Positions 45,922-57,100 of a DNA stretch of 64,000 bases are shown here, in pieces. This DNA comes from Planctomycetota bacterium. GTDB taxonomy: Bacteria > Planctomycetota > Phycisphaerae > WQYP01. The stretch covers positions 3,605 through 67,604 of the forward strand of contig JAKBMM010000009.1 of NCBI GenBank assembly GCA_021831565.1. Direction: 5' to 3'. Under the pieces are notes generated by a model that saw only the letters and a list, made by a program, of their open reading frames with translations, had not been told where the DNA came from and searched no databases. Made by a program: the position numbers and the translations under genes. Numbering within the stretch: position 1 is the stretch's first letter; each line of letters begins with the position of its first letter.

Positions 45922-46974
45922 TCAGGAGCGGATTTCATCAAGTTTCACCATTCGTCCAAGTTCACAAGAGTGATGGCCGGCCAGAGTCATGCGGAGAACC
46001 TCCCGGCCCTCTTCGGCGGTGGCGATCGGCCCGCGGCGACCCTGCAGGAAGGCCGCCAGTTCCGGCGCCACGGCGGCGATACGCCGGCCGTGCTCCGGCG
46101 GCGAGGGAATGTCGCTGATGGTCCAGACGCCGCTTTCCGGAAGGAACCATTTGAGGCCTGTGGCGTCCACGGAACGGGGAACGTTGCAGCTCGGCGCATC
46201 ACCGAAGTTCTGAATGATCGAACCTTTGGCGCCGAATATTTCGGTGGAATTTTCGGCGGCGCAGCAGACGAAAGAACACGAAACTTCGGCGAAGGCGCCG
46301 TCCGCATAACGAAAAACGGCGATACCATGATCATCCGGAACCCGGGGATTGTGCAGCGTGGCGATCTGGGCGATCACGCTTTGCGGCCGGCCCAGGAGCC
46401 AGTAGATAAAATCAACCGCATGGCAGGCGTCGTCGGCCCACATGCCGCGATTGAGTTCGGGGCGCACGTGCCAGGAATTCTCAAAACCCGGCCAGAGATG
46501 CGTGCTCAGACCGTGGCGGCGGCGGACCATGTAAACACGGCCGATTTTCCCCTCCCGCACCAGTTGCTTCATCTGAACGTTCTGCGGGTCGACGCGCATC
46601 TGCCAGGCGAGAGTGAAGGGAACGCGATGCCGATTTACAGCGGCCACGATGCGGTCGGCTTGCGCCAGCGTCAAGGCAATCGGCTTTTGAAGAACAATCG
46701 CCTTGCCGGCCGCGGCGGCTTTCTCAACCAGATCGGCGTGCCAGGAGGTTTCCGCGCCGATGACCACCGCGTCGATCGCCGGGTTTTCCACAAGGGCTTC
46801 AACGGAATTTGCGCATGGGAGTTGAAAATCAGCTTCGGATTTTTCGGCGCGCCGGGCGTCATGATCCCAGCCTAAAACAACCTTGACGCCCAGCGCCTCA
46901 TCCTGGCGCCACTGCCGGCAATATGCTTCGACATGTCCGTGGGCAAAGCCCAGAATACCAACGCGCGTGTTCAC
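45922..46974 (-). CDS. Gfo/Idh/MocA-family oxidoreductase
   Basis: N-terminal Rossmann RVGILGFAHGHV. 350 aa. Confidence 0.8.
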   Translation of the reverse strand: MNTRVGILGFAHGHVEAYCRQWRQDEALGVKVVLGWDHDARRAEKSEADFQLPCANSVEALVENPAIDAVVIGAETSWHADLVEKAAAAGKAIVLQKPIALTLAQADRIVAAVNRHRVPFTLAWQMRVDPQNVQMKQLVREGKIGRVYMVRRRHGLSTHLWPGFENSWHVRPELNRGMWADDACHAVDFIYWLLGRPQSVIAQIATLHNPRVPDDHGIAVFRYADGAFAEVSCSFVCCAAENSTEIFGAKGSIIQNFGDAPSCNVPRSVDATGLKWFLPESGVWTISDIPSPPEHGRRIAAVAPELAAFLQGRRGPIATAEEGREVLRMTLAGHHSCELGRMVKLDEIRS

Positions 46975-47010
46975 GGAATCCCAGCCTCCAGGGAGCAGGC
47001 AAACCGGCTC

Positions 47011-47808
47011 TTAGCGCTCGCCGCACGCCTGAAGGCACGCCTGCATGTGTCCGCGCGATTCCGCCGCGATCGCCACGCAGCGGGTTACGTCGTAGCTCTT
47101 GGCGCCGATTACTTCCAGGTTGACCGGCCCCTTGTATCCATGCTCGTGCAACGTGCGAATATAGCCCAGCAGGTCAATATCGCCCCGGCCATTGGCCTGC
47201 ATCTCCGGCGTGCCGGGGTTTTGCTGCCGGCCCTTGCAGTCGCGAATGTGCACGTGCCGGACGCGCGAAAGTATCGGGCGCAGCGCCTCGACGGGGTTTT
47301 CGCCCGCCCGGTGAACGTGGCTCGGGTCCATGTCCAGACCGAAGTGCTCCGAGGCAATGGCCTGCAGCGCCCGCAATGAGGTCTCGGTATTCCATATCGC
47401 CGCGCCCACGTGCGCTTTGACGCACAGGGTCAAGCCGTAATGACCGGCGCGGTCCGCCAGCCGGCCCAGCGTGTCAATTGCCTGGCGCAGGCTGGCCTCA
47501 TCTCCCGCCTTGCCGCCCGGTCCGCAGTTGATGATCGGAATGCCTATTTCCACCGCCGCCTGAAACGCCTGTTCCATTTTCTGCGGATCCTGTGACGGCT
47601 GTTCCATCGCCGCCGTCGCCAACCGGTAGCGAGCCGAGAGTTCTTTGATCGGCTTGGCCAATTCCTTCCAGCGCTCCAGCACGAGATGTTCGCTCATTCC
47701 ATCAATGGCGGAAAGCTCAATGCAGTCGTAACCGCACGCGGCCGTCCAACGAAACGCCGTTTCCAGGTCATGCCCGCCGAATAACACCGAATTCAAACCG
47801 AGTTTCAT
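47011..47808 (-). CDS. Sugar phosphate isomerase/epimerase (xylose-isomerase-like TIM barrel)
   Basis: MKLGLNSVLFGGHDLETAF... and a 265-aa AP-endonuclease-2/TIM pattern. Confidence 0.75.
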   Translation of the reverse strand: MKLGLNSVLFGGHDLETAFRWTAACGYDCIELSAIDGMSEHLVLERWKELAKPIKELSARYRLATAAMEQPSQDPQKMEQAFQAAVEIGIPIINCGPGGKAGDEASLRQAIDTLGRLADRAGHYGLTLCVKAHVGAAIWNTETSLRALQAIASEHFGLDMDPSHVHRAGENPVEALRPILSRVRHVHIRDCKGRQQNPGTPEMQANGRGDIDLLGYIRTLHEHGYKGPVNLEVIGAKSYDVTRCVAIAAESRGHMQACLQACGER

Positions 47809-47849
47809 GTTCTATGTTTCCTTATCAAACCACGGATGAAACCGCCGGA

Positions 47850-48845
47850 TCAAACCGCCGGCACGTCCACCACGGTTCCTTTTTCCCATGATTCAATCGC
47901 CGCTTCAATCACCAGTTGCGCCCGCAGCGCATCGGCCGCCTTGCCGTCAATTTTGTCCGGCGGCGTCTGGTTTACCAGGTCATCCACCCAGGCGTTGATG
48001 CGCGACTGGAATGTATCGTCGAAGCCCATCATTCCGCCGAGATAATGATACGTCTCGTATTCGCGCGACAGGCGGTTGTGGAATTCCAGCACTTCGCAGG
48101 CTTCCCGGATAATCACCCGTCCCTTCGAACCGACGACATCGCAATGCTCCAGACCATAGCCCGCCCCGGCGTCGTAGCTGCCGGTAAGATGACCGACCGC
48201 GCCGTCGGCGAAAAGCACGTTCATCTGCACGTTGGACCAGGCTTTTCGGCCCGCTCCCTTTTTGAAAAACGCCTGCGCCTTGCGGATGTCGCCCCCGAAA
48301 TAGCACATCACGTCGATCGAATGCGGATGCAGCGCCCGCATGTGAAAGTGCGGGCTTGATTCGTTCGTATTGTTGATCCACATGGTCATGTTCAGGATGT
48401 TTACCTCGCCGAGACGACCCTCGGTAAGCCACCGTTTGGCCTGGCGCGCCGCGGGGGTGAAGCGATGATTGAGGTTGATGGCGTAGGGAATGTTCTTTTG
48501 CCGGGCCAGGGCGACCATTTCGCGGGCCTTGGAAATCTCGTTGGAAATCGGCTTTTCGCCCAGCGTGGCGATTCCCGCCCGCAGCAGTTCCATCGTTGGC
48601 TGGTAATGGTCGCCGCCGTTTTCCTTGCCCCCGGTGGTCATGCTGGCGGCATGAATTTTCAAGCCGGAATCCAGCATTTCCTGGATCGAGCCGAAGGCCG
48701 GACAATTGAATTTTTGGGCGGCCTTCTCCGCCTTTTCGCGGATCATATCGCATACGGCGACCAACTGGACCGCCTTGTTGTTCTGATAACACCGGGCATG
48801 GTTGTTGCCGATCCCACCCATGCCGACCACTGCGACGTTAATCAC
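47850..48845 (-). CDS. Gfo/Idh/MocA-family oxidoreductase
   Basis: INVAVVGMGGIGNNHARCY Rossmann start. 331 aa. Confidence 0.8.
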   Translation of the reverse strand: MINVAVVGMGGIGNNHARCYQNNKAVQLVAVCDMIREKAEKAAQKFNCPAFGSIQEMLDSGLKIHAASMTTGGKENGGDHYQPTMELLRAGIATLGEKPISNEISKAREMVALARQKNIPYAINLNHRFTPAARQAKRWLTEGRLGEVNILNMTMWINNTNESSPHFHMRALHPHSIDVMCYFGGDIRKAQAFFKKGAGRKAWSNVQMNVLFADGAVGHLTGSYDAGAGYGLEHCDVVGSKGRVIIREACEVLEFHNRLSREYETYHYLGGMMGFDDTFQSRINAWVDDLVNQTPPDKIDGKAADALRAQLVIEAAIESWEKGTVVDVPAV

Positions 48846-48983
48846 CTATGAACTCCTCTATCTGGCCTGCGCCGTTTCTCCAACTAACCGACACGAGCCA
48901 AAGCCCGTTGAATTCGATTATTGTTCAATACCGGCCGCTGGGATTAAGTATCCGCTTGCCGGGCGGCGGCCGCCAGCATAAAA

Positions 48984-49904
48984 TTGATGAAGTTTTGGAC
49001 TTTTTTGCGCATGCCCACGATAGCCTTGCCCACCCTGCGATGGGGGATTGCCGCGACGCCGGGCGGCGTGAGCGTACAACGCATCAACCATCATGCGGCC
49101 ATTGGACCGCATGATCATGTTTTTCATGAAATCGTGTTCATTGAGGCGGGAACGGCGGAGCATCACACGGTGGACGGCGTACGGATGCTCCGTCCCGGCG
49201 ACATCATCATCCTTCGGCCGTTGACGTGGCATTCGTACCAGCAGACCCGCCATCTGACGCTGATCAACTGCCTGATTGACCGCCGGCTGATGAACCGGTT
49301 GATGCTCCTGCTGCGCGATGAAGCCGGCGTGTTTGATCTCTTCACGCGACCATTGAAGCGCCCGCGCCAAACGCCGCCGCTGGTGGTGCACGCGTTGCCG
49401 GCGGAAAGTCAGATATGCATCGAGCGACTCCAGACGATTATGACGGAAGAGCGCCATCAACTCGCGGCGTGGGAGGCGATGGCGACGGGAGCGCTGCTGG
49501 AGTTTTTAACCCTGGTGGTGCGCCTCCATGCGCGTGTGCACCCGCGGGAAACCGTTCGTTTGCCGGACCGGGCGCAGAAGGCGGTGTTCGATACGGTGGT
49601 ATGGCTCGAACAGAATCCACGGACGCGGGATTCCCTGCGCGAGCTTGCCGGAAAGGCGCATTTGAGCGCGGGGCATTTGTCACGGAACTTTCGCAAACGG
49701 ATGGGGATGGGAATCACGGAGTATCGAAATCGAATCAGGATCGAAGAAGCTTGTCGGCTGCTTGCGCACACGGATTTAAAAGTGTCGGACGTGGCCAGTC
49801 GCGTGGGTTACAACGAAATCGCTTATTTTTCGCGATGTTTTCGATCCATGGTGGGGCAGATGCCCCGGAAATATCGCGCCGCCGCGCGGCGGGGCGGAGC
49901 TTGA
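48984..49904 (+). CDS. AraC-family transcriptional regulator (cupin plus HTH)
   Basis: C-terminal AraC HTH LRELAGKAHLSAGHLSRNFRKRMGMGITEYRNRIRIEEACRLL...VGYNEIAYFSRCFR. Confidence 0.85.
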   Translation: MMKFWTFLRMPTIALPTLRWGIAATPGGVSVQRINHHAAIGPHDHVFHEIVFIEAGTAEHHTVDGVRMLRPGDIIILRPLTWHSYQQTRHLTLINCLIDRRLMNRLMLLLRDEAGVFDLFTRPLKRPRQTPPLVVHALPAESQICIERLQTIMTEERHQLAAWEAMATGALLEFLTLVVRLHARVHPRETVRLPDRAQKAVFDTVVWLEQNPRTRDSLRELAGKAHLSAGHLSRNFRKRMGMGITEYRNRIRIEEACRLLAHTDLKVSDVASRVGYNEIAYFSRCFRSMVGQMPRKYRAAARRGGA

Positions 49905-49920
49905 GCGGGAAAAATATATA

Positions 49921-50598
49921 TCACCCGGCCAATTCCCTTTGCAGCGACGAGAGTTCCCGTCGCAGAACCTTCATCGGCAGCCCCACCACATTGGAAAATT
50001 CTCCGGATAGCAGCTCCACAAACGGATCCCCATGGTCCTGGATGCCGTACGCCCCCGCCTTGCCGCGCCATAGGCCGCAATCCAGGTATTCTTCCAGCTC
50101 TCTTTGGCTCCACCGGCGCATCCGGCAAACGGATACCGCCGACGCGATGCGGCAAACCGAACCCGCCAGCAGAGCCAGTCCTGTGATCACCTCATGTTCC
50201 CGTCCGGCCAGGCGCAGAAGAATATTTCGCGCCGCGGCGCGATGCGCGGCCTTGTTGATGATTCGGCCATCGAGCACCACCAGAGTATCGGCGCCGAGCA
50301 CGATCGCCGGTTTCCGGAGAAATTCCTGAACCGCCCGCGCCTTGGCGAAAGCGAGGCACGCCGGCCAGATTCGCAGCGGTACTCCGGCGGGGCGCCGGGC
50401 GGGTTCCGGCGCCGGACTGGGAAACACCCGCGGCGTCCAACCCGCCTGGCGCAGCAACTCGGCGCGGCGCGGCGATCCGCTGGCCAGAACCAGCGGCCAC
50501 GCGGCGGCGGCCGGCGAACCGGTTTTACCCCGCCGCCGCGGGGGAAGGGGAGCAGGCGGGTCGAAACCGGCCGCCGAAAAAATTTTATGTGTTGCCAT
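49921..50598 (-). CDS. maf: Maf-family nucleoside triphosphate pyrophosphatase
   Basis: LVLASGSPRRAELL, GADTLVVLDG, KAGAYGIQD. Confidence 0.85.
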   Translation of the reverse strand: MATHKIFSAAGFDPPAPLPPRRRGKTGSPAAAAWPLVLASGSPRRAELLRQAGWTPRVFPSPAPEPARRPAGVPLRIWPACLAFAKARAVQEFLRKPAIVLGADTLVVLDGRIINKAAHRAAARNILLRLAGREHEVITGLALLAGSVCRIASAVSVCRMRRWSQRELEEYLDCGLWRGKAGAYGIQDHGDPFVELLSGEFSNVVGLPMKVLRRELSSLQRELAG

Positions 50599-50612
50599 AT
50601 TAATAAATATAT

Positions 50613-51641
50613 CTAATCTAGTAAAACTTTCTCAACCATCCTCCATACCTTCTCCACGGGCAGCATCGCGAGGGTTTTCGATCGATCCGCCGCCGTCGCC
50701 CGGAAGTCGCCCGTTTCGTCGAATCGCAGCACGTGGTCCATTTGTCCATAAGGACCGACCGAAACCGGATCGGTCGGTCCATACAGCCCCACCAGCGGCC
50801 GTTCCAGCGCCGCCGCCACGTGCAACGGTCCGCTGTCGTTGCCGATCACGATCCGGCAAAGCGAGAGCACTGCGACCATTTCGGCCAGAGTGGTCTGCCC
50901 CGCCAGATTCATGGCGCCGTCGATGTCATCCGCCACCTCTTGACCAAGGAGCCGCTCGTCCCGGGTTCCCAGGATCACTACCGCCAGGCCGCGCGCCGCC
51001 AGAAGCCGGGTGATTTGGCTGTAGCCCCGCTGCGACCATCGTTTGGCGTGCCAGCGGGCGCCGGGAATAATCGCCGCCGGCGATCGGTCTGAAGGCAGCC
51101 GGCTCTGGATGGCGCGCAGCGCCGCCGGTTGGATTGGCAAGCGGAATCGGACCGGCCCGCCGGGCGGACCAACCGGCCCCAGCAAAGCCCGCATGCGCAG
51201 CACGGCCGGCTCCTTTTCCCGCGCGATGGACACGCGGTGCGTGTAGAGCCGGGCCGCGCCCTCGCGCGCATCGGCGAAACCGATGCGAATCGGAGCGCCG
51301 CTGAGTCGTCCCAGCAGGGCGCTGCGCAACAGTCCCTGGGCGTCGATAACCATGTCATAGCGACGGCGCCGCAGCGCGCCGACCAGCGACCATAGTTCGC
51401 CCGCCGCGCGAGGTTTGATCCACCAGCGGGCCAGGGCGGCGCGATCAAAAAAAATCAACTCGTCCAGTGCCTCGTGATTTCTCACCAGGTCCGCCAAGGC
51501 CGGATGGATCAGCCAGTCGATACGGCCGGCGGGATACAGCGCCTGGAGATCGCATAGCAAGGGCAGCGTGGCGGCGATGTCGCCCAGCGAACTCGGTTTG
51601 ATAATCAGTATGCGCCGCGGCGCGGCCGGTATGGCGGACAT
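50613..51641 (-). CDS. Glycosyltransferase family 9 (heptosyltransferase-like)
   Basis: RILIIKPSSLGDIAATLPLL start and GNDSGPLHVAAAL near the C-terminus. GAAGGAAGG upstream of ATG 51641. The track ORF (to 52151) is an antisense-of-dus extension. Confidence 0.8.
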   Translation of the reverse strand: MSAIPAAPRRILIIKPSSLGDIAATLPLLCDLQALYPAGRIDWLIHPALADLVRNHEALDELIFFDRAALARWWIKPRAAGELWSLVGALRRRRYDMVIDAQGLLRSALLGRLSGAPIRIGFADAREGAARLYTHRVSIAREKEPAVLRMRALLGPVGPPGGPVRFRLPIQPAALRAIQSRLPSDRSPAAIIPGARWHAKRWSQRGYSQITRLLAARGLAVVILGTRDERLLGQEVADDIDGAMNLAGQTTLAEMVAVLSLCRIVIGNDSGPLHVAAALERPLVGLYGPTDPVSVGPYGQMDHVLRFDETGDFRATAADRSKTLAMLPVEKVWRMVEKVLLD

Positions 51642-51652
51642 GGAGCCTTCCT

Positions 51653-52783
51653 TCACTCCCGTACCTCGCCGTCGTCTTCGAGGTCGTGGCAGGAGTTCCA
51701 GCCGGCGGAAACGTGCCCGGCCTCCCGGCCCGGTCCATCCGCGCGGTAGTGTCTTTGCAACACGCTCCACCAGTCCGCCGGCGATTGCACGCCGATGAAT
51801 TCCCGCCGGACCTCGGCTTCGTTCGGATGCAGCCGGGCATACTGGATGCCGATTTTCCTCATCCGCCGCGAAGTCTGCTCCGGACCATAAATCGGGATCG
51901 CCAGGTGAAAGTGTTCGAGTAACGCCGCGCGCTGTTCCTGGATGCGCGGCGGCGGGAGCGGCCGGTTCGCCGCCAGGGCGGCGAATTCGCGGAATATCCA
52001 GGGATTGCCGATCGCCCCGCGCGCGATCCATACGCCGTCCACGCCCGTGTACCGGTACATCCGCAGCGCGTCCTGGGCGGTGAACACGTCGCCGCTGCCC
52101 AGAAGCGGCACATCCGGATAGCGCCGCTTGAGGCGCCGTAGAAAATCCCAATCCGCCCGGCCCGTATATTTCTGCCGCACGCTGCGGCCATGCACGGCGA
52201 TCGCCGCGAACTTAAGCCGCACCGCCTCCTCGAAAATCATCGCAAACGATTCGCCCGCCTGCTGGGAATCGTCAAGTCCCCGCCGCAGTTTTAGCGTCAG
52301 CGGACCGGGCACGACTTCCCGCACGCGCCGCATGATCGCCAGCGCCTGTTCCGGATCGCTTAAGAGATAGCCGCCGCGGCATCGGCCCATCACTTTGCGC
52401 ACCGGGCAGGCGAAATTCAGATCAATTCCATCAAAACCGGCGTCCAGAAGAATTTGCGCCGCCCGCGCCAGTTCGTCCGCTTCGCCGCCCATCAACTGCC
52501 CCGCCACAGGATGGTCTTCGTCGCAAAGCACCACCCCTTTTTCTCTGCCCCGCCCGCCGGCCAGCAACACCCGATCCAGCAGCGCTTCGCTCACCGCGTA
52601 GGGGCAGCCCCGGCGTCGCGCCACCACGCGCATAGCCATATCGCTGTAACCGGCCAACCCCGCCTGCATCGCCGGGGGATGCAGACAAAACGGTCCTATT
52701 TTGCAGGCGCGGGAACCGGCGATCTCGCCGGCACTCGTGTGCCGGGACACGGTTTCTTGAGGATTTTGTACATCTACGATCAT
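51653..52783 (-). CDS. tRNA-dihydrouridine synthase
   Basis: PMAGYSD-like AGLAGYSDMAMR, FDGIDLNFACPVRKV, GSGDVF. Confidence 0.85.
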   Translation of the reverse strand: MIVDVQNPQETVSRHTSAGEIAGSRACKIGPFCLHPPAMQAGLAGYSDMAMRVVARRRGCPYAVSEALLDRVLLAGGRGREKGVVLCDEDHPVAGQLMGGEADELARAAQILLDAGFDGIDLNFACPVRKVMGRCRGGYLLSDPEQALAIMRRVREVVPGPLTLKLRRGLDDSQQAGESFAMIFEEAVRLKFAAIAVHGRSVRQKYTGRADWDFLRRLKRRYPDVPLLGSGDVFTAQDALRMYRYTGVDGVWIARGAIGNPWIFREFAALAANRPLPPPRIQEQRAALLEHFHLAIPIYGPEQTSRRMRKIGIQYARLHPNEAEVRREFIGVQSPADWWSVLQRHYRADGPGREAGHVSAGWNSCHDLEDDGEVRE

Positions 52784-52817
52784 CGGCGGACCCCGCGCGT
52801 TGCAACGGTTGATAATG

Positions 52818-52969
52818 GGAACCGTTCACGCGCCGGTTGTTTTCCGCGTACGTCCCGGCGGGCGCGGATTTTCCCGCCGTGCCGGGACCGCCAACCACCG
52901 CGCCGCCCCGGCCCCGCGACCGCGTGGTGGAAACCCGCGGCCGTTTTCCGCGCCGCCGTGAACGGTTGC
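52818..52969 (+). mobile_element. MITE-like repeat copy C (short form, 152 bp)
   Basis: GGAACCGTTCACG ... CGTGAACGGTTGC ends. The interior matches the outer parts of copy A but lacks the central ~140 bp. The flanks TGATAATG and TGGTAATG match at 7 of 8 positions. Confidence 0.8.
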
Positions 52970-53017
52970 TGGTAATGTACCATGCGCCGCGATGAAAAAG
53001 AATCTGGAGAAAGCAAC

Positions 53018-53761
53018 ATGTCCGCACCCCAAACCATCCTTCTCCTCCACGGTTTTCCCCTGGATTCACGTATGTGGACGCCGCAACGATCCGCGTTGGA
53101 GGGGCTTGGGTATCGCGTGTTAACGCCTGATTTGCCGGGATTCGGCCGGCGGAAGCCCTGGCCCCGGGAAAATTGCTCCATGGAATCGTTCGCCGATGAC
53201 ATCCATCGCCTCCTCCGGGCCGACACCGGCGGCTCTGCGGCGGTGGGAGGATTTTCCATGGGCGGCTACGTTCTGCTGGCGCTGTTGCGCCGCCATCCCG
53301 AAGTCGTTACCGCGGTCATGTTGATGGATACCCATGCCGCCGCCGATACGCCCCAGGCGCGTGAAAATCGCCGCAACATGATTCGCGCCGTTCCGGAGAG
53401 CGGCGTCAAACCGGTTGCCGACGCCATGGTTCCCCGCCTGCTTTCTTCCACCGCGCCGGCGGAACTTCGCCGGCATGTTTTCGCGATGATTTGTTCCCAG
53501 AATCCCGCCGGGATCGTCAACGCCCAGGAGGCCATGGCCCGCCGCGGCGACCATACCGATCTTCTCCGGCAATTGCGCGTGCCGGCACTTGTGGTTGTGG
53601 GACAGGAAGATGTCCTTACGCCGCCGGCGACGGCCCGCGCCATGTGCGATCAAATTCCCGCCGGCCGGCTGGTGGAGATACCGGGCGCCGGCCACCTGGC
53701 GAATCTTGAGGCGCCCCAGGCGGTCAACGCCGCCATCGTGGAATTTCTTCGCGCTCTGTAG
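53018..53761 (+). CDS. Alpha/beta-fold hydrolase
   Basis: ILLLHGFPLDSRMW and nucleophile elbow GFSMGG. 247 aa from ATG 53018. Confidence 0.8.
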   Translation: MSAPQTILLLHGFPLDSRMWTPQRSALEGLGYRVLTPDLPGFGRRKPWPRENCSMESFADDIHRLLRADTGGSAAVGGFSMGGYVLLALLRRHPEVVTAVMLMDTHAAADTPQARENRRNMIRAVPESGVKPVADAMVPRLLSSTAPAELRRHVFAMICSQNPAGIVNAQEAMARRGDHTDLLRQLRVPALVVVGQEDVLTPPATARAMCDQIPAGRLVEIPGAGHLANLEAPQAVNAAIVEFLRAL

Positions 53762-53897
53762 CTCTTCCGGCGTGGCAATTTTTCCGGGCAACGCCTCGGA
53801 GCGCGGCTGTCCCCACCCGCTTGTGTTCCGATAGCTCTTCGAGAGAATGCCCCGCGGCATATTGAATCGGTCTTGTTTTCAGGGGGATTTCGACTCG

Positions 53898-54175
53898 GCC
53901 CGGAAAATTGCCGCGCCGGGACCGCCAATCACCGCGCCGCCCCCGCCACGCAGCCGCGTGGATCGCAATGCCGTGGCCGTTTTTCGTCCACCTCCGGGCG
54001 GCTTTTCACGGTCGTGGATGGTAATAGAGCGGTGGTTGGATTACGAGGCATGATGGTTTACGGTTACGGAAGGACGGCCGTGGATTTCCATCCACGGCTG
54101 CGGGGGGGGCGACCATGGAGCAGCCGCGGGGATCGCAATCCCGCGGCCGTTTTCCGCGCTCCCGTGAACGGTTAC
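53898..54175 (+). mobile_element. MITE-like repeat copy D (long form, left end degenerate or truncated)
   Basis: The right ~150 bp nearly matches copy A, including CCGTGGATTTCCATCCACGG and the terminal CGTGAACGGTTAC. The left TIR is absent. It ends 2 nt before the res stop codon. Confidence 0.75.
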
Positions 54176-54177
54176 CT

Positions 54178-57100
54178 TCATTGCACGCCTCCAGTGGGCG
54201 TAGATGCGGCTGGACAAACTGTTACCGACTCCATGAAGCTTTGAAAGTTGTCGGCCTTGGTGAACTGGACGCCGGAATTCAGCGCCGCGAAGTGCTTTTT
54301 GCCACAGTCGATTTTCGCCTGCTCAGTGGGCCGGATGGCGTCGGTGAATATGCTCCCCTTGGACTCCACCACGAAATAGAGCCGCTCCTGGCCATCCATC
54401 TCGACCAATACGGCCCAATCCGGGTGGTACTCGCCCAGGGGCGTCGCTATGGGGAACCAACTGGGTAGCTTGGCGTATACCTTCACCTGGCTGCTCAGCT
54501 CAAATTGACGGGCAAATTCGTGCTCCACCTCCGAATCGTACACCACTTGCTCATAAATAGATTTGGCGCTTTGGATCATGTTGGCGTTCAGGTACGCGGA
54601 AATTTCTTCCTTTTCAAAAAGTTCCTGCGCATAGAAATAGCCGTCGCCGATTTTCTCGTACTTGATGCCGTCGACAATGAACAAACGCATCACACGGATG
54701 ATGATCTGGGCGACGCTTTCGGCAAACTTCTGTGGATTGTTCTTGAACTCGTCCAACCGCCCGCTTTGCAGCAGGATTTCCACCAATGATCGCCGCGTCA
54801 GGTGGGTCTGTTCTTCCAGGTAGCTGATGATATCGGGCAACTGATAATCGCGGGCGTCGTAGACGTGAACGCTCTGCTCTATTTCTTTCATCTGCACGCC
54901 GCCGCGGTCGATTTGGGCCTGGCCCCGGCGGAAGACAAATCGGGCCTTGCCCACCGATGGCATGGCGGCGATTTCACTGGCGCATTTAGCGATCAGGGCG
55001 GCGCTGTCGAACTGGACGCGAAACGTGGTCTTGTACTTGATGCGGTCCCAAAGCTGCTTGAATTCTTCGCTCAGGTAGACACGCTTGTTGAGTGTCACCC
55101 GTTTGCGATCAGCGGCGTTCTGAATGTTGAGCCTGCCTGCCGCTTTCTTTAACGCCGCGAGTATCTGCGGAGCCTGCGGCGCCATGGCCGGGGGTATATC
55201 GACTGTACCCTCATTTAACGCTTTCCGCAGAGAGTCCTGGATTTTCCCCTTTTCATCAATATGGCCCAGCTTTTGCAAATGTTCGCATAGCTGCGCCGAC
55301 GCTTCCGCTCCCATGTATTGGGGTTTATCGCCCTCCATGGCAACCACAATGTTGGCAAACATGTGCTTCTCCACCACGCCGAAGCGGATTCCCTCCTCAG
55401 CCTCAATTTCCTTCTGCAACTGCCGGGCGAAATCTTCATAGGACTCGTTGGCCATCACCGTGAGCCGGTTAACCTCGAAGCCCTGCACCCGGTTGCCCTG
55501 CTGATCCACCGCAATGCGCAATCCCCGGCCAATCTCCTGGCGCTTGCGCATGACGGAGTTGGTTTCGTTTAGCGTGCATATCTGAAACACGTTGGGATTG
55601 TCCCAGCCTTCCTTCAAGGCCGAGTGCGAGAATATGAATTTGAGCCTGCTGTCAAAACTCAGCAGTTTTTCCTTGTCGCGCATGATAAGCTGGTAGGCGC
55701 TTTCATCCGCCTGCGTGCGCCCCTCGCCGGTGGAATCCTTGAGCACTTCCCGCCCGCCCTTCTTGTCCACGGCGAAATAACCATCGTGAACGCCCTGGGC
55801 ATTGGCCGGTGCGGCGCCGTCAAAAAGCTTGCGGTATTTGGGCCTCTGAATCGCCCGATCGTATTCTTCCTCAAACATCAGGGCATATTTGCCGGGCTTG
55901 GCGTTGCCCGTCTCATCATACACCCGATAGTTCGCCACGCGATCAATGAAGAACAGGCTGAGAACCTTGATTCCCCTGGGGTGCAGGGTCAATTCCTTCT
56001 CCAGATGCTCTTCAATGGTTTTGCGTATCTGCAGGCGCTTGTATTCGTCCTGATCCACCTCGCCGATGGCCTGGCCGACATAAACCGTCTCCGGCTTGCT
56101 GGTGAAGTTGATACACTCCTTGCCTGGCTCGCAGTAAATGTCCTGGACGATGTAACCTTCGTAAAACCCCCGTCCGCCGGAAATTTGCATCAGGTCGTCA
56201 CCCTGCCGGACGGTCTTCTTCTGGCGCTTAACCCCGCCGCGCCTCAATTGCACATCCAGTTCAATGCGGGCGGTAATGGGGCTGGCGGTGTTGTCCACGC
56301 CACAGAGCCTGATGTATGGTCGGTTGTGACTGTCGGCAACCTCAATGGAAGCGACTTCGATCTGCTTGACCAGTTTGCGCTCGTAGGCATCCACCGAATC
56401 GAGCCGGTACATCATGTTGTACTGGTCGACGTGTGTGGCCGAGTAACGCAGGGTGCAAAGCGGATTGAGCGACGCAATGGCCTTCTTGCTGGTTTCGGTG
56501 GTATCGACGCTCTGCGGCTCATCAATAATCACCATGGGATTGGTGGCGCGAATGAACTCGATGGGCCGGTTCCCGGCCATACGATCCTGCGGGCGGTGGA
56601 TGATGTTGGCTTTGTTTTCCTTTTCCGGATCATCGAAGCTTTTGCGGAAGGCGTCGATGTTGATAACCATAATCTGGATGCCGTCGCTGGTGGCGAAATT
56701 TCGCACCTGGCCCAGTTTCTGCGAGTCGTAGACGAAATAATCGAACGGGACGTTTTCATAAAGTCCCTTGAAATGCCCGGCGGTGATCGCCAGCGACTTG
56801 TGGACGCCCTCCTTGATGGCCACCGACGGCACCACGATGATAAATTTGGTAAAGCCATATTTCTGGTGCAGCTCGAAGATGGTGCGCAGATACACATAAG
56901 TTTTGCCCGTGCCGGTTTCCATCTCCACCGAAAAGTCCATCGATCCCAGCTTGTCCGCCGGCTTCAAGCCGTTGCGCATCTGGATGGCCTGGACGTTTTT
57001 AAGCAATTCATCATCCAGCAGCGTTAACCGGTTGCCGATGCCCAGATCATTCGGCCGCGCCCCGGCAAACAGGCCGCCGCTGTCTTCGTTTGTTTCCAGC

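Noticed and set aside
51642-52151. N-terminal 170-codon extension of the GT9 ORF. Similar upstream extensions occur at 13594-13791, 20738-20950, 38951-39091, 40653-40886 and 41194-41226.
   Set aside because: The extensions are Arg-rich and overlap neighbouring genes. Internal ATGs with Shine-Dalgarno-like sequences coincide with the start of family-conserved sequence.
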